A DNA stretch of 64,000 nt from positions 186,001-250,000 of the IMG/VR virus record IMGVR_UViG_3300026521_000003. One strand, written 5' to 3'. A program made the position numbers and the translations under genes. The notes below the pieces were generated by a model that worked only from the letters and a program-made list of their open reading frames with translations, did no database searches and was not told where the DNA came from. Positions 18,762 to 29,389 of the stretch are shown here, piece after piece (position 1 is the stretch's first letter; every line of letters begins with the position of its first letter).

Positions 18762-20483
18762 TTAAGGTGTTTTAATTTGATTCTCAGAATCACCCAAAAA
18801 TGCATTCTTAGTATATGTTTCAATACTTGCATTTTCAAAGCTATCCTCACTTTCTTTTATTACTTTAAATTCATAAGTATCACCTATTAGATTATGGATA
18901 TTAAATTCCTCTTTAATATAAGGATATTTATATTCAACCGATATAGCCTCTGTACTAATATCTTCTATAGACTCTAACTTATGGTTTGTTATTTTGTAAG
19001 TATTTTTTGCTTGTTTTTTTATACATGGGTTATTAACTATTATATCGACATTATTGAAATCAACACTCATATTTGCTCCGATTTCGGGGTGGGATATATC
19101 TATATTATCAAATACGTCTCTTGATAAGTTACATCCAATCGTTAAGTTAATATATTCTTCATAAGGAATGGTAATCGAAATATCTTTATAAACTGAATGA
19201 AATATTGATGTGACAATCTTTTCTACATGCCACCCATATGAGGCCGAACATCGATAACTATTATAATAAAGCCGACTATCGGTATTTGTATTTTTGGTCC
19301 AATCAAAACCGTATAAATCATCTATATTCGATATATAATTATAGGTGTAAAAAATTCCTCTACACTTGCCTCCTGTGGATTTAATTATGGGATAATTTCC
19401 ACCTTGATACAATCTAATAATTTCTTTTCCATTTGCTAAAATATAAAAATAATCCGACTCTTTATTCCATACACCATTACTATAAACCCGCATTTTTATA
19501 GTGATACTTCCAGCATTATATTCATTTAATTTTAATTCTAAATTAGTATAATCGTGATTTAATAATCTATGAGTAATTTTATCTTCCTGAGTTGATAATT
19601 TATTTGTGTTAGTCCACTTATTTATATCTATATTATCTAATTCATGATATATACTATTTAACCTATTACTTATATTGAGAGGGCTTACTATGTATGTGTA
19701 TTTCTCATTTTCCAGTAACCTATCCACTATTATAAAAGCCATATTATGTTGATTTAAAATTTTATACCCTATCTCTAATTTTTCAATAGCTTTAAAATGC
19801 GTACTGTCTACATACTCAAAACCTTCTATGTCTGTTACTTTAGAAGTTGTAGTTAATTTATAACTCATCCAAGTAGTATTTGTTGTATTTTCAAAAGTTT
19901 TACTTGACACCATCTCTTTATTAGTAACCAATTTAATATTTTCTTCAAGTATATGATTTTTATCAGCATATATACGTTCTATTAAATTTCTTTTACATCC
20001 ATGATATGTATGAGATAATGCATTTAAATTTAGATTTAAGTTATGCACATATATAATTATACCATCTACTGATGATTTTGTAATATAATTATAAAGAATA
20101 TAATCTATTATTAAATAATCAATATCTGTTGTAGAACTAAAACTATTTCCATCTATAACTACAAGATTATCTAAATTAAGTAGAGACTCATATTTTTTAA
20201 TTTGGTAATCAGTAAATGAAAAATCTGAAATAATTTTTTTTGATTCTGTAGTGTCTAAAATAGTTTTATTTTCTACTTTGTTTAAAATTTTTAGAAAGTC
20301 AATGTTAATTGATGATATATTATCATCATAATCAAAATCCAATGTTTCTAGTAAAATATCTGAATGTTCATTTTCATAAGCCAATAAATTATTTGAGTAG
20401 TATTTTGGAGTTAGACTTTTTGTGATATTTGAATTTTCTTCAATATTGATTTTTGGTATTATTTTTATTTCATTTGGAATCAT
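18762..20483 (-). CDS. Putative tail/structural protein
   Basis: 573-aa ORF within the minus-strand structural operon. Confidence 0.55.
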   Translation of the reverse strand: MIPNEIKIIPKINIEENSNITKSLTPKYYSNNLLAYENEHSDILLETLDFDYDDNISSINIDFLKILNKVENKTILDTTESKKIISDFSFTDYQIKKYESLLNLDNLVVIDGNSFSSTTDIDYLIIDYILYNYITKSSVDGIIIYVHNLNLNLNALSHTYHGCKRNLIERIYADKNHILEENIKLVTNKEMVSSKTFENTTNTTWMSYKLTTTSKVTDIEGFEYVDSTHFKAIEKLEIGYKILNQHNMAFIIVDRLLENEKYTYIVSPLNISNRLNSIYHELDNIDINKWTNTNKLSTQEDKITHRLLNHDYTNLELKLNEYNAGSITIKMRVYSNGVWNKESDYFYILANGKEIIRLYQGGNYPIIKSTGGKCRGIFYTYNYISNIDDLYGFDWTKNTNTDSRLYYNSYRCSASYGWHVEKIVTSIFHSVYKDISITIPYEEYINLTIGCNLSRDVFDNIDISHPEIGANMSVDFNNVDIIVNNPCIKKQAKNTYKITNHKLESIEDISTEAISVEYKYPYIKEEFNIHNLIGDTYEFKVIKESEDSFENASIETYTKNAFLGDSENQIKTP

Positions 20484-20485
20484 TT

Positions 20486-21031
20486 TTATTTTACCTCTAT
20501 TAGTTTAAGATTTACTGAAATTGAATCTATATCGGAAGTTTGGAATGTTAATTTTGTACATTCTATTTCAATCAATTCATTTTCGTTAAATGATAGTAAT
20601 TCTTCTATTGTACCATCTAAATTTTTATACGAAATAGTAATAGTTTTAGTGTCTAAACCAGTCGTATTAAATTGAAATCCTCTGATAATATCTTCAACAT
20701 CATTAGTAACGATTATACTAGAAAATCCATTCTCATCAGGGATTAACTCGATACTTTCAGATATATAGTAATCAGAAAGAATAACTTCAGCACCAAAAAT
20801 ATTGTCGGTAGTTAAAGTATATGTATTTGTATTTGCAACATCACGGATCAAAGAGGCTATTCTTATTATATCATTATCTCCTAAAACATAATCGCCAATT
20901 TCAAAGATATAATCTGATTGAAATTCTGTATCAGAAATAGGATTAAATGATAAATTCGGTAAAGTTACTTCAGCAGTAACTTTATAATCGAACCATGGTT
21001 TTTTAGTATTGTTGTTTAAAGATTTTAACAT
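20486..21031 (-). CDS. Putative structural protein
   Basis: In the structural operon; AGGAG SD. Confidence 0.55.
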   Translation of the reverse strand: MLKSLNNNTKKPWFDYKVTAEVTLPNLSFNPISDTEFQSDYIFEIGDYVLGDNDIIRIASLIRDVANTNTYTLTTDNIFGAEVILSDYYISESIELIPDENGFSSIIVTNDVEDIIRGFQFNTTGLDTKTITISYKNLDGTIEELLSFNENELIEIECTKLTFQTSDIDSISVNLKLIEVK

Positions 21032-21040
21032 TCATTACTC

Positions 21041-24000
21041 CTAGTTAATAGTTACAGATTCTATAATTTCTGTACTATCTTCATATATATTTATTTCCAA
21101 TTCAGAATCTTTTTCTATCGATAATTCTAAAGTAGTCGATGCTTCAGAATTTAGTTCTATATATGTACTTTCGATAGTAGGTTCATCCGCTGTAATTGAT
21201 GTTCCAGATATTTTAATCGTAGTGTCAGGATAGTATATAGTAGGTAAACCAACTCTTACTAATTCATTTAGATCTGCGACTTTAATTTCCTTAGTTGTAC
21301 TTACTCTAGTTCTTGTAGAAAGTATATTTATATCTTGACCTATTATAGAAATATTTTTATTTTCTTGAGATCTAACATTTGTACCATTTTTGTTTGTACC
21401 ATATGAATAAGATTCATTTACCTCAATTCTAGGAATTTTTAAGTTATTTTGACTTGGAATATTTGATCCACTTATATTTCTTCCAGTATTGATTTTAAAG
21501 TTACCATGTACTATTGGTATTTTTATATCTTTTTGTAATTGAATTCTTAATTCTTCATTCTCTTTAGTTTCAAATACTACTAAACCACCAATAAATTCAG
21601 CACTTGCTTCAAAATCTATTTCAACTATTTCATCTCTATTTTTTTGTTCAATAATATCAGTATCAAAGTAAATGGTTTCAACAGATGTAAAATCTATTTC
21701 AACTATTTCATCTCTATTTTTTTGTTCAATAATATCAGTATCAAAGTAAATGGTTTCAACAGATGTAAAATTTATTTCAACTATTTCATCTCTATTTTTC
21801 TGTTCAATAATATCAGTATCAAAGTAAATATCGGTTAATGATGTAAAATCAACAGTAACTTCATCAATATAATCTAATGCTTTTGTCCCATCTTGGTAAA
21901 CTGTAAAATCTAATTCTCTACCTGAATTTATATTAACAAATTCATCAATTTCAATAATTTGAACTTCAACTTGAGCTATAACAGTTGGATGATATGCATC
22001 CATGAATAACAATAATGTATCTAGTTCTATCACTTCCGCATCGATATAAGAAATATTATTTAGAGTATTATTACCATCATTATTAATAGCTTCACCTAAA
22101 TCGATAATATTTGTACTATTCTGAGTAATTATATTGGTAGTATTTGTATATAGTGTAACAAATTCATTTAAATCTATAATATCGAGAACATCATCAGTTG
22201 ATATAATATCAGCTATATTAGATTTTAAGCTATAATTAGATATAGGTTCAATAATTTCACTATATATATTAGATATAATATTTTCATGTGAAACGATATT
22301 TAATTTATAATTATTATCTATGGTTAGAGGATTGTCTTCAACTAATGATATATTATAAATAAAATTTGTTCTTTCAAATTCAATATTAGGCATTTCAAGA
22401 GCAATTTCCATAACCTCTAAATCTGTATTAGAAACCATATAAGGTCTTTCTTCAACTGCTAAAGAAACAAATTCATTTATGTTTAAAATATTATCTTCTG
22501 TATCACTAATTATATTTATTTCATCTGAAGATGTATTTATAAATTCTGATAATTCTATTACACCAATATTATCTAATGAAATTATCGCTATAAATTTAGA
22601 ATCTAAATTAATATATTCATTGATGTCTATTATTTCCTCAGTATCTTTAGATATATTATATGGAATTTCTATATTTGTTGAAATATATTCATTTAAATTG
22701 ATAATATCATTTATCGAATTTGATATTATTGACTTATGAATAGTTGATAGTTTCACAAAGTCATTAGGAATATCTATACTGCTTGTTTTTTCTTCCCAAG
22801 GTTCAGTAGTGATCATTGCAGGGTCAAAAATACTCTGGAATTTTATCTCTTCTAAAAATATTTCTGCCGCATCAAAACCTGTTACAGCACCAGTATTAAA
22901 AATAACAATTCTATCAGTTGGTATTATAGGTGTTATTGCACCTAATGGAGCATTTGCTGTTGTTGCATATTGAGTATAATCATCTGGAACAATAACTATC
23001 TGTCCTAGATCAGATTTTATAATATCTTCATTATATTCAATAAAAGTATTAGCTCTAGTATTCATAATATAATTATCAATAGACCCATTGATATTGAATA
23101 CGGTTGATGTATCCGTCATTATTTTGAAAGTAGCCATTGAATTAGTACTAGGTTGATCAACTCTTAGTTTATAGCTAAATGATTTAATTTTATATGGGAA
23201 CTCCAAAAATAAATATGATGGTGATTCAGAAGATGTATCGTCACTTGGATAATATTTTGGTCTAATACCATTATTGATAACACCGTCTAAAATAGTATTG
23301 TCATCACTTATATATCTACCAATTGAATCGGCTAAATTTCTAATACTTGTATTTGGTATGGTGGTCCATATTTCATCATTTCCATTTTGGTCTTTATTAA
23401 ATTCACAAATAACATTTATAGATGTATCATCTAATACTGATGGGAATATTCTAAATTCGCCAGATTCAGCATATGGGTCTAATCTCTTAATATCATAACA
23501 ACTCATTGGTTTTTCAACAGGTATCTTAGGTTGTTCTTCAACAACAATATAGTCAAAATATACGATTGGTTCTAAACTAACCTTTGCAGTTACAGTTTCA
23601 GTTCCATCGCCTTCATTATAGATTATAACACCAGAGTTATCATAAATATCAGTAACGGCAATTCTATGATTTAAGTCTGTTATAAGAGGAGTTTGAGCAT
23701 TACTAAAATCGATAGTTAAGTCGGAAATAATTTCTGTTTCAAAAATATTATCTTCAACCCAATATGAGGTAACATCATATACTTTTCCGATGTTATTTAA
23801 AATAAAACCATCTCTAATATCAATTCTTAATGTTGAGGTTGTATTTTTTAAAGTGAGTAACCAATCTAAACCTGCATTAGAATCACCCACAATCTCATCT
23901 GGTGGAGAAACTTTATATTTAATTCTTCTGATTCTATTATGTCCATACTTTGCACCTTCTACCCATAGATTACCAACTAAGTCTCCAGCTTTTAATTTTG

Positions 24001-25549
24001 TATCAGTATATACTGCTGTAGATGATAGATTTCCAGCTAAATTATCAATAGAATCATCTGGAAGAATTGCTATCCAATCTAGTAAAACTTTATCTGATTT
24101 CAAAACATTAAATGATATATCAACATAACTAGTTTCATCAATAGCTCTAACATTAACGGTACCTATTTCGGTAGGATAAAAGTATATATAACCCTCAGAT
24201 GTTGATACATCGCCATTATAAGGATTTATATCATATTTAATTTCGGACCTAACAAAATTTCCAGAAGGAGCCATTCCAATTATTGATAATGTTCCTTTTG
24301 CATTTGAAAATCGTATTTTTGCAGGTATATCTAATTGTATTACTTCTGGAGTTTCTACTATTAATTCTAAATCTTTATTAAATTTAACATGTGATATTAC
24401 CAATCTTGGTGATCTATCTATAACATTATCAACTATTTCTAATGGTTCTATATTAGATACTGCACTAGGTGTTATATATAACTCAGCTGAAAAGTTTGAT
24501 CTATCATATTCAAAACGACTTGTAAATGAAGGTAAATTATTAGTTGCATTTATAGTTAAATCTCCAATAACATTCCCTAGAGATATTTTAAATTCGGCTC
24601 CAACGTTTCCGAAAACATAATCTTTATTTTTAACGTATAAATCTTCCGGAGTTATATAAATATTACAAAATGTTACTTTTGTTGTTCCTGCAACGTTCGA
24701 TGATAAATCTAAACGATACCCCTCAATTAGTGGAGCTTTTACTTTGATCCATAATAAATTACCTTCAATATAGTAATCAAACCATTCAGTATTTAATGGT
24801 GAATCACATAAAATTTCCTCAGTAGTACCACTAATAAGAAACGGTTCATACTTAGTTGAAAGTTCATTTAATTTTATGTCGTATCCACCAGTTATAGACC
24901 TAATAGTACCAGCAAGTTGTCTGTTAAATTCATCATATGGATATAAATCATTAGCTAGTGATGATGGTAAAATACCAAGTCGCTCTCCATCAATAATCAT
25001 TACCTTTTTATAAATACTAACGACACTATTATCTGCTGCAGTAATTGTAAACTGTACATCGGTTATTGAATAATCTGATAACATATTTAAAGAAACTATA
25101 CCGCTGTTTATACTATGTGTAAAGTTTTCTGACGTATTGGTATATGATAAGGAAATGTCAAAGGGACTAGAAACCTTATCATCAGCTGTTAAATATCGAT
25201 TATAAAGATGAGACCACCTCTGCTCAACAATTTTTATATCTTGGGTATTATTAGTACTATTATAATATAGAATAATATCATCTATATCACTAAGTATTTT
25301 TCCATATACTTCTATACTGTATGAATAGTCTATAGCATCAACTTCAACTGGAATATCTAAAACTTCTCCAAGTAGTGTTTCTATATGTATTAAAGTAAAA
25401 CCTAATTGATTAGTTGTTTTAACTGTCAGTTCATCACCCGAAAGAAAATAATCTACTAAATCTTCATTATCAGCCCATATTGTATTAATAGCTACTTCAC
25501 CACCATTGGGTGAAACGATTTTAACTGTGTATGTATTATTAACAACCAT
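21041..25549 (-). CDS. Large tail fibre/baseplate-associated protein with a fibrinogen-like motif and ~26-aa repeats
   Basis: 1502 aa, beta-rich; SCYDIK...SGEFRIFP...VICEF...WT; repetitive acidic C-terminal half. Confidence 0.6.
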   Translation of the reverse strand: MVVNNTYTVKIVSPNGGEVAINTIWADNEDLVDYFLSGDELTVKTTNQLGFTLIHIETLLGEVLDIPVEVDAIDYSYSIEVYGKILSDIDDIILYYNSTNNTQDIKIVEQRWSHLYNRYLTADDKVSSPFDISLSYTNTSENFTHSINSGIVSLNMLSDYSITDVQFTITAADNSVVSIYKKVMIIDGERLGILPSSLANDLYPYDEFNRQLAGTIRSITGGYDIKLNELSTKYEPFLISGTTEEILCDSPLNTEWFDYYIEGNLLWIKVKAPLIEGYRLDLSSNVAGTTKVTFCNIYITPEDLYVKNKDYVFGNVGAEFKISLGNVIGDLTINATNNLPSFTSRFEYDRSNFSAELYITPSAVSNIEPLEIVDNVIDRSPRLVISHVKFNKDLELIVETPEVIQLDIPAKIRFSNAKGTLSIIGMAPSGNFVRSEIKYDINPYNGDVSTSEGYIYFYPTEIGTVNVRAIDETSYVDISFNVLKSDKVLLDWIAILPDDSIDNLAGNLSSTAVYTDTKLKAGDLVGNLWVEGAKYGHNRIRRIKYKVSPPDEIVGDSNAGLDWLLTLKNTTSTLRIDIRDGFILNNIGKVYDVTSYWVEDNIFETEIISDLTIDFSNAQTPLITDLNHRIAVTDIYDNSGVIIYNEGDGTETVTAKVSLEPIVYFDYIVVEEQPKIPVEKPMSCYDIKRLDPYAESGEFRIFPSVLDDTSINVICEFNKDQNGNDEIWTTIPNTSIRNLADSIGRYISDDNTILDGVINNGIRPKYYPSDDTSSESPSYLFLEFPYKIKSFSYKLRVDQPSTNSMATFKIMTDTSTVFNINGSIDNYIMNTRANTFIEYNEDIIKSDLGQIVIVPDDYTQYATTANAPLGAITPIIPTDRIVIFNTGAVTGFDAAEIFLEEIKFQSIFDPAMITTEPWEEKTSSIDIPNDFVKLSTIHKSIISNSINDIINLNEYISTNIEIPYNISKDTEEIIDINEYINLDSKFIAIISLDNIGVIELSEFINTSSDEINIISDTEDNILNINEFVSLAVEERPYMVSNTDLEVMEIALEMPNIEFERTNFIYNISLVEDNPLTIDNNYKLNIVSHENIISNIYSEIIEPISNYSLKSNIADIISTDDVLDIIDLNEFVTLYTNTTNIITQNSTNIIDLGEAINNDGNNTLNNISYIDAEVIELDTLLLFMDAYHPTVIAQVEVQIIEIDEFVNINSGRELDFTVYQDGTKALDYIDEVTVDFTSLTDIYFDTDIIEQKNRDEIVEINFTSVETIYFDTDIIEQKNRDEIVEIDFTSVETIYFDTDIIEQKNRDEIVEIDFEASAEFIGGLVVFETKENEELRIQLQKDIKIPIVHGNFKINTGRNISGSNIPSQNNLKIPRIEVNESYSYGTNKNGTNVRSQENKNISIIGQDINILSTRTRVSTTKEIKVADLNELVRVGLPTIYYPDTTIKISGTSITADEPTIESTYIELNSEASTTLELSIEKDSELEINIYEDSTEIIESVTIN
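21611..21850. repeat. Three tandem copies of a 78-bp (26-aa) unit
   Basis: Units start at 21611, 21689 and 21767, with a partial at 21845; protein unit DFTSVETIYFDTDIIEQKNRDEIVEI. Confidence 0.9.
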
Positions 25550-28500
25550 TATATTGTCTCCTCATTTAATTCAATTTCAAAAAATACTTCTGATGTATCA
25601 ATTTCTAAATAAAATAGATTTTCAGCTAAACTTTTACTATTAAACCACAATGATGCATCTATTGACTGTACAGTAAATGAATTACTAACATTGCCTGTGG
25701 AAATAATATCATTAAAATTGATTACTGTTGATCCAGGAATATCTGAAAGTAATCGGAATTCTATACTATTATTATTTACTATGCGTACTTCAACAAGTGT
25801 TGAATCATAATTATCAATTATTTCAAGAGTACCCTGTACATTTAAAATATCGACCGTATGCCAGTCTATATCAGTATTTATCAACTTATAAAGTTTATAT
25901 GACGGTAATAATAATTCATTATAATTGCAATTTATATTGATTTTTAATGATTTATGATAATCGGATATAAAAATATTTGTTGTACCTATATGATTAAAAG
26001 TTAATTCTAATTCTTGAGTTTCTTTATTAATATTAAAATCTGCTATACTATCATCATCACTCCATACCAATAAGTTGTCCCAATCATTATTATATGGGTG
26101 TAATAGTTGTATTGTTGCCTGACTTCCAATTATAACTGGAAAAAGAGTATGAGTTCTAGAAGAGTTATTGTATGGTAAATTTATATCTATATATTGTACA
26201 ACTTCAACATTAATATTTATTTCAGATTCAGAATCTGAAAAATTTATTATAGATGATCCTATATCTGTATATTGAGTATCAGTAACAAATGTAAACATTT
26301 TAGGTCTAGGCCCACCATTACGACAATCAAAATACTTATCTTCACCATTATATATACTTGCATATTTCAATCCTAAAATATTTGGATTTTCGATATTTAT
26401 ATTTAGTCCTTCTGCCTGATACTCAATTTTTAAATCTCGATAAGCAGTATTTGTGCCTTCATTATAGATAAATTCTGTTTTGGAATTCATAAATCGATAT
26501 TTGTCTATTATAAAGTTTTGTGCTTCTTGACCATTAACTGTTAGGTATTTATTAACAGTATAATATGCAGTAACTATATGTACCATAGATGGTTCAATTA
26601 ACCCATCTCTAACATTTATTTCATTGAAGTATGGATCTATGATATACATCATTCGTTCATTTAATTGTTGCTGGTATGGATTTATAACTAATTTATTTTG
26701 TGTGCAATATGTATTTATTCCTGGTTGATAACAAGGGCCTGTTGATATATCCAAAATAGCTCTATTAGAATGGCTTCTTCCATACTGTTGTAAATATGAT
26801 CTAAAACCACCAGCAGTAAGAGAAGTAGGTACAATATTATCAATATTAAATAAATCAATTTGTACTTCACCATCATCCACTATTAATTCACCTAGATTTA
26901 TCTCTTTCTCTCTATTTTCTAAACCCTTTATTCTCATATGTTTAGTGATGTATAATTTATATAAGATTTCACTTGATCCATTTACTATTTTAAATTCCTC
27001 TAAATACCATCCTTCAGTAATTTCATCAGCTGATATATTTGGCTTGATTTTTATTAATCCATTTTTATTCTCACCAGGCTCAATAGTTACAACCACTTTA
27101 TCTGAAGCTCCAATAATTGAAATTGTGTCAGCATAATAATAATTTAGAAGAGCTCCTGGTTCATCATACTCAAATGCTTTAATTACTGTATTATTATCTT
27201 TTTCAAATAAAGGGTTTGTAAAAGGAGCATTAATACTAATTGGTTCTAAAACTGAAAGAGTTGGCTCTTTAATATCTAAACTAAATGAATATGTATTTAT
27301 CCCATCAGATAAAGTTATTTCTGCTACACCTGATGTCATACCTTCTGGTAAATTTATAGTATCAAAAATTATTTTAATATTTTCTCTTTGTTCAAACTCC
27401 CCTGGAATAGGTTTACCATCAATATCTAAAACTGGAACTTCAATAATTTCTCGTTCAATTTTATAGGATAACGCACCTAATGAATCAACGATTTCTAAGT
27501 TATTTAAATCTAAGTTCATTTCTGTAATAATTATTTCTGGTTGATATGTATTATCACTATCATATACTGGAGGCAGTTTAACACAATTTTCAACATTTAC
27601 AATTATCTGTTCTCCTGTTGATGGGTTTTCAAGTAGAACTTCACAAGGATTGCCTAGTGTATCTAAATTCTCTACTAATGTCCAACCATCTGATATTAAA
27701 CCGTCTATATATGCCTGTTGTAACTCTGATGGTGATTGGGCAGGAAAAACTAAATTTTTATATTCTGCTGCAGTTATAGTGATTTTTTCACCTGTTGCAG
27801 GATTTAAAACTGTAATCATAGGGTTTGAAGAATCTATAATTTCATCTAAATTAGATAATAATGATTCTTGAGTATCGGTATTTTCCGGTAAGAAAACTGG
27901 ATCTGGATCAGTAGTACAAATAATATTTCGATCTCTTAAATAATCTTCAACATTTTGCTCAATTTTATTTAAATTTATATCATAATCAATTACTTTAGTT
28001 AAAGGGTTACGCTCTTTAGCTTCACATAAAGTTTCTATACATTGCGTGTATTCAGAACCGGAGAATTGACTACACCCATCAATTTGACATATATAATTAT
28101 TATTAACTAAAAATGAAGAAATTGTTTCTTCTTTATATTCATTGTTTAAATCTTTTGTTAATATAATTGATCTTGGATCTTTATCACATAATGATGATAG
28201 GTATTCTAAATAATCTGGATCATTAGGGTCTTTATATTCAATCAAATCAGGAAACTCACAATAAATTGAAGTTAATTGACCGGTATATGGATTCATAACT
28301 AAATGAATTCCATCTTCAGTTAAGCCATTTAAAAATAATTCCATACATGGATCATCGGGTCTAATATTTTGAGTTGCTTTAAATGGTCTAGCAGGTCGCA
28401 TACCATCAATTTCCATACTAAATGCTTTGTAGAAAACTAAAGTCTCAACTTTTGTTTGAACATCATCTTTGTTTTTAACAGCAAAAATAGATATTGAATA

Positions 28501-29076
28501 TGGGATTCTTCCTTCTGGAGAACCAGCTATAAGTTCTATACTGTCAATAACTTGCATTTGTTTAGGAGTTAATCTTATATAAAAAACGCTTTCTTTATCA
28601 TAATTATCTGGACCTAGATTAAAAATAGTTGATGAAATTTCACCATCACCAGTAGTCTGATAAAGGTCATTACCATTAAATAGGTTTTCACCTTCAAAAT
28701 TATCAGTTTCTAACCAGTTTAAATCATTAGATAGATTTAAATCTTCAAAATTACTTAAATTATATGATAGGTTGTTTCCTAAAATATCCTTGAATCTTAT
28801 TTCAGTAATAGTTGCACCTTTATCTATTCCGTATGCACCATTAACAACAAATTTTAATAATTCTGCATCTCGCAATAATAATTCATCTTCAGGATTTTTT
28901 ATTGTTGGGTTTAATTTACTATTATCGGTACAGTAAATTCTTTCAAAATCGGTATCTGACCAGAAATTGGTTGTTTGCTTTCTTTTAATAAAACCACACC
29001 CGTCATGATAAACAAAACTGTTTATTGGTATATATGATATATCTTGATCTTTACTATCAATTACATATGCTCTCAT
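25549..29076 (-). CDS. Large tail/structural protein
   Basis: 1175 aa; PCMEL...DGIHLV...SIYCEF fibrinogen-like motif; AGGAG SD. Confidence 0.6.
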   Translation of the reverse strand: MRAYVIDSKDQDISYIPINSFVYHDGCGFIKRKQTTNFWSDTDFERIYCTDNSKLNPTIKNPEDELLLRDAELLKFVVNGAYGIDKGATITEIRFKDILGNNLSYNLSNFEDLNLSNDLNWLETDNFEGENLFNGNDLYQTTGDGEISSTIFNLGPDNYDKESVFYIRLTPKQMQVIDSIELIAGSPEGRIPYSISIFAVKNKDDVQTKVETLVFYKAFSMEIDGMRPARPFKATQNIRPDDPCMELFLNGLTEDGIHLVMNPYTGQLTSIYCEFPDLIEYKDPNDPDYLEYLSSLCDKDPRSIILTKDLNNEYKEETISSFLVNNNYICQIDGCSQFSGSEYTQCIETLCEAKERNPLTKVIDYDINLNKIEQNVEDYLRDRNIICTTDPDPVFLPENTDTQESLLSNLDEIIDSSNPMITVLNPATGEKITITAAEYKNLVFPAQSPSELQQAYIDGLISDGWTLVENLDTLGNPCEVLLENPSTGEQIIVNVENCVKLPPVYDSDNTYQPEIIITEMNLDLNNLEIVDSLGALSYKIEREIIEVPVLDIDGKPIPGEFEQRENIKIIFDTINLPEGMTSGVAEITLSDGINTYSFSLDIKEPTLSVLEPISINAPFTNPLFEKDNNTVIKAFEYDEPGALLNYYYADTISIIGASDKVVVTIEPGENKNGLIKIKPNISADEITEGWYLEEFKIVNGSSEILYKLYITKHMRIKGLENREKEINLGELIVDDGEVQIDLFNIDNIVPTSLTAGGFRSYLQQYGRSHSNRAILDISTGPCYQPGINTYCTQNKLVINPYQQQLNERMMYIIDPYFNEINVRDGLIEPSMVHIVTAYYTVNKYLTVNGQEAQNFIIDKYRFMNSKTEFIYNEGTNTAYRDLKIEYQAEGLNINIENPNILGLKYASIYNGEDKYFDCRNGGPRPKMFTFVTDTQYTDIGSSIINFSDSESEININVEVVQYIDINLPYNNSSRTHTLFPVIIGSQATIQLLHPYNNDWDNLLVWSDDDSIADFNINKETQELELTFNHIGTTNIFISDYHKSLKININCNYNELLLPSYKLYKLINTDIDWHTVDILNVQGTLEIIDNYDSTLVEVRIVNNNSIEFRLLSDIPGSTVINFNDIISTGNVSNSFTVQSIDASLWFNSKSLAENLFYLEIDTSEVFFEIELNEETI

Positions 29077-29295
29077 TTAGTTCTCCTGTAAAAACGCTAT
29101 TACGTTATCTGTATCTTCTTTAGTAAAATGAAGTTGATTGAATTGTTTTTTAATATTTGATAAAAAACTAGAATCATTGACTTTGTTTAAGAGTTGTGTT
29201 TTTTCGCTAGAACTCATAATTTTACTAAGCTTTATTTTTTTAACAAGTGATAAAATAAAAGGTCTATTAATTATATCTTTGTGTAAATATGGCAT
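29077..29295 (-). CDS. Small hypothetical protein heading the structural operon
   Basis: AAGGGG SD; AATAAATA at 29321-29328 (minus). Confidence 0.6.
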   Translation of the reverse strand: MPYLHKDIINRPFILSLVKKIKLSKIMSSSEKTQLLNKVNDSSFLSNIKKQFNQLHFTKEDTDNVIAFLQEN

Positions 29296-29389
29296 TGCTT
29301 CCCCTTTTAATCTTTGTAATTATTTATTCCTACATATACTTTTTTAAATAATGAGTTTTGTATAATATAATATAAAAAAGGAAATAGTA

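Noticed and set aside
21611-21850. Tandem repeat as a possible CRISPR array
   Set aside because: Contiguous in-frame 78-bp units without unique spacers, inside a CDS.
13336-29347. Plus-strand ORFs inside the structural block (13336, 14011, 14287, 16775, 21644, 22479, 23274, 23790, 25728, 26945, 27650, 29138)
   Set aside because: They lie antisense to long, motif-bearing genes and have shadow-ORF composition (mostly S/I/L-rich).
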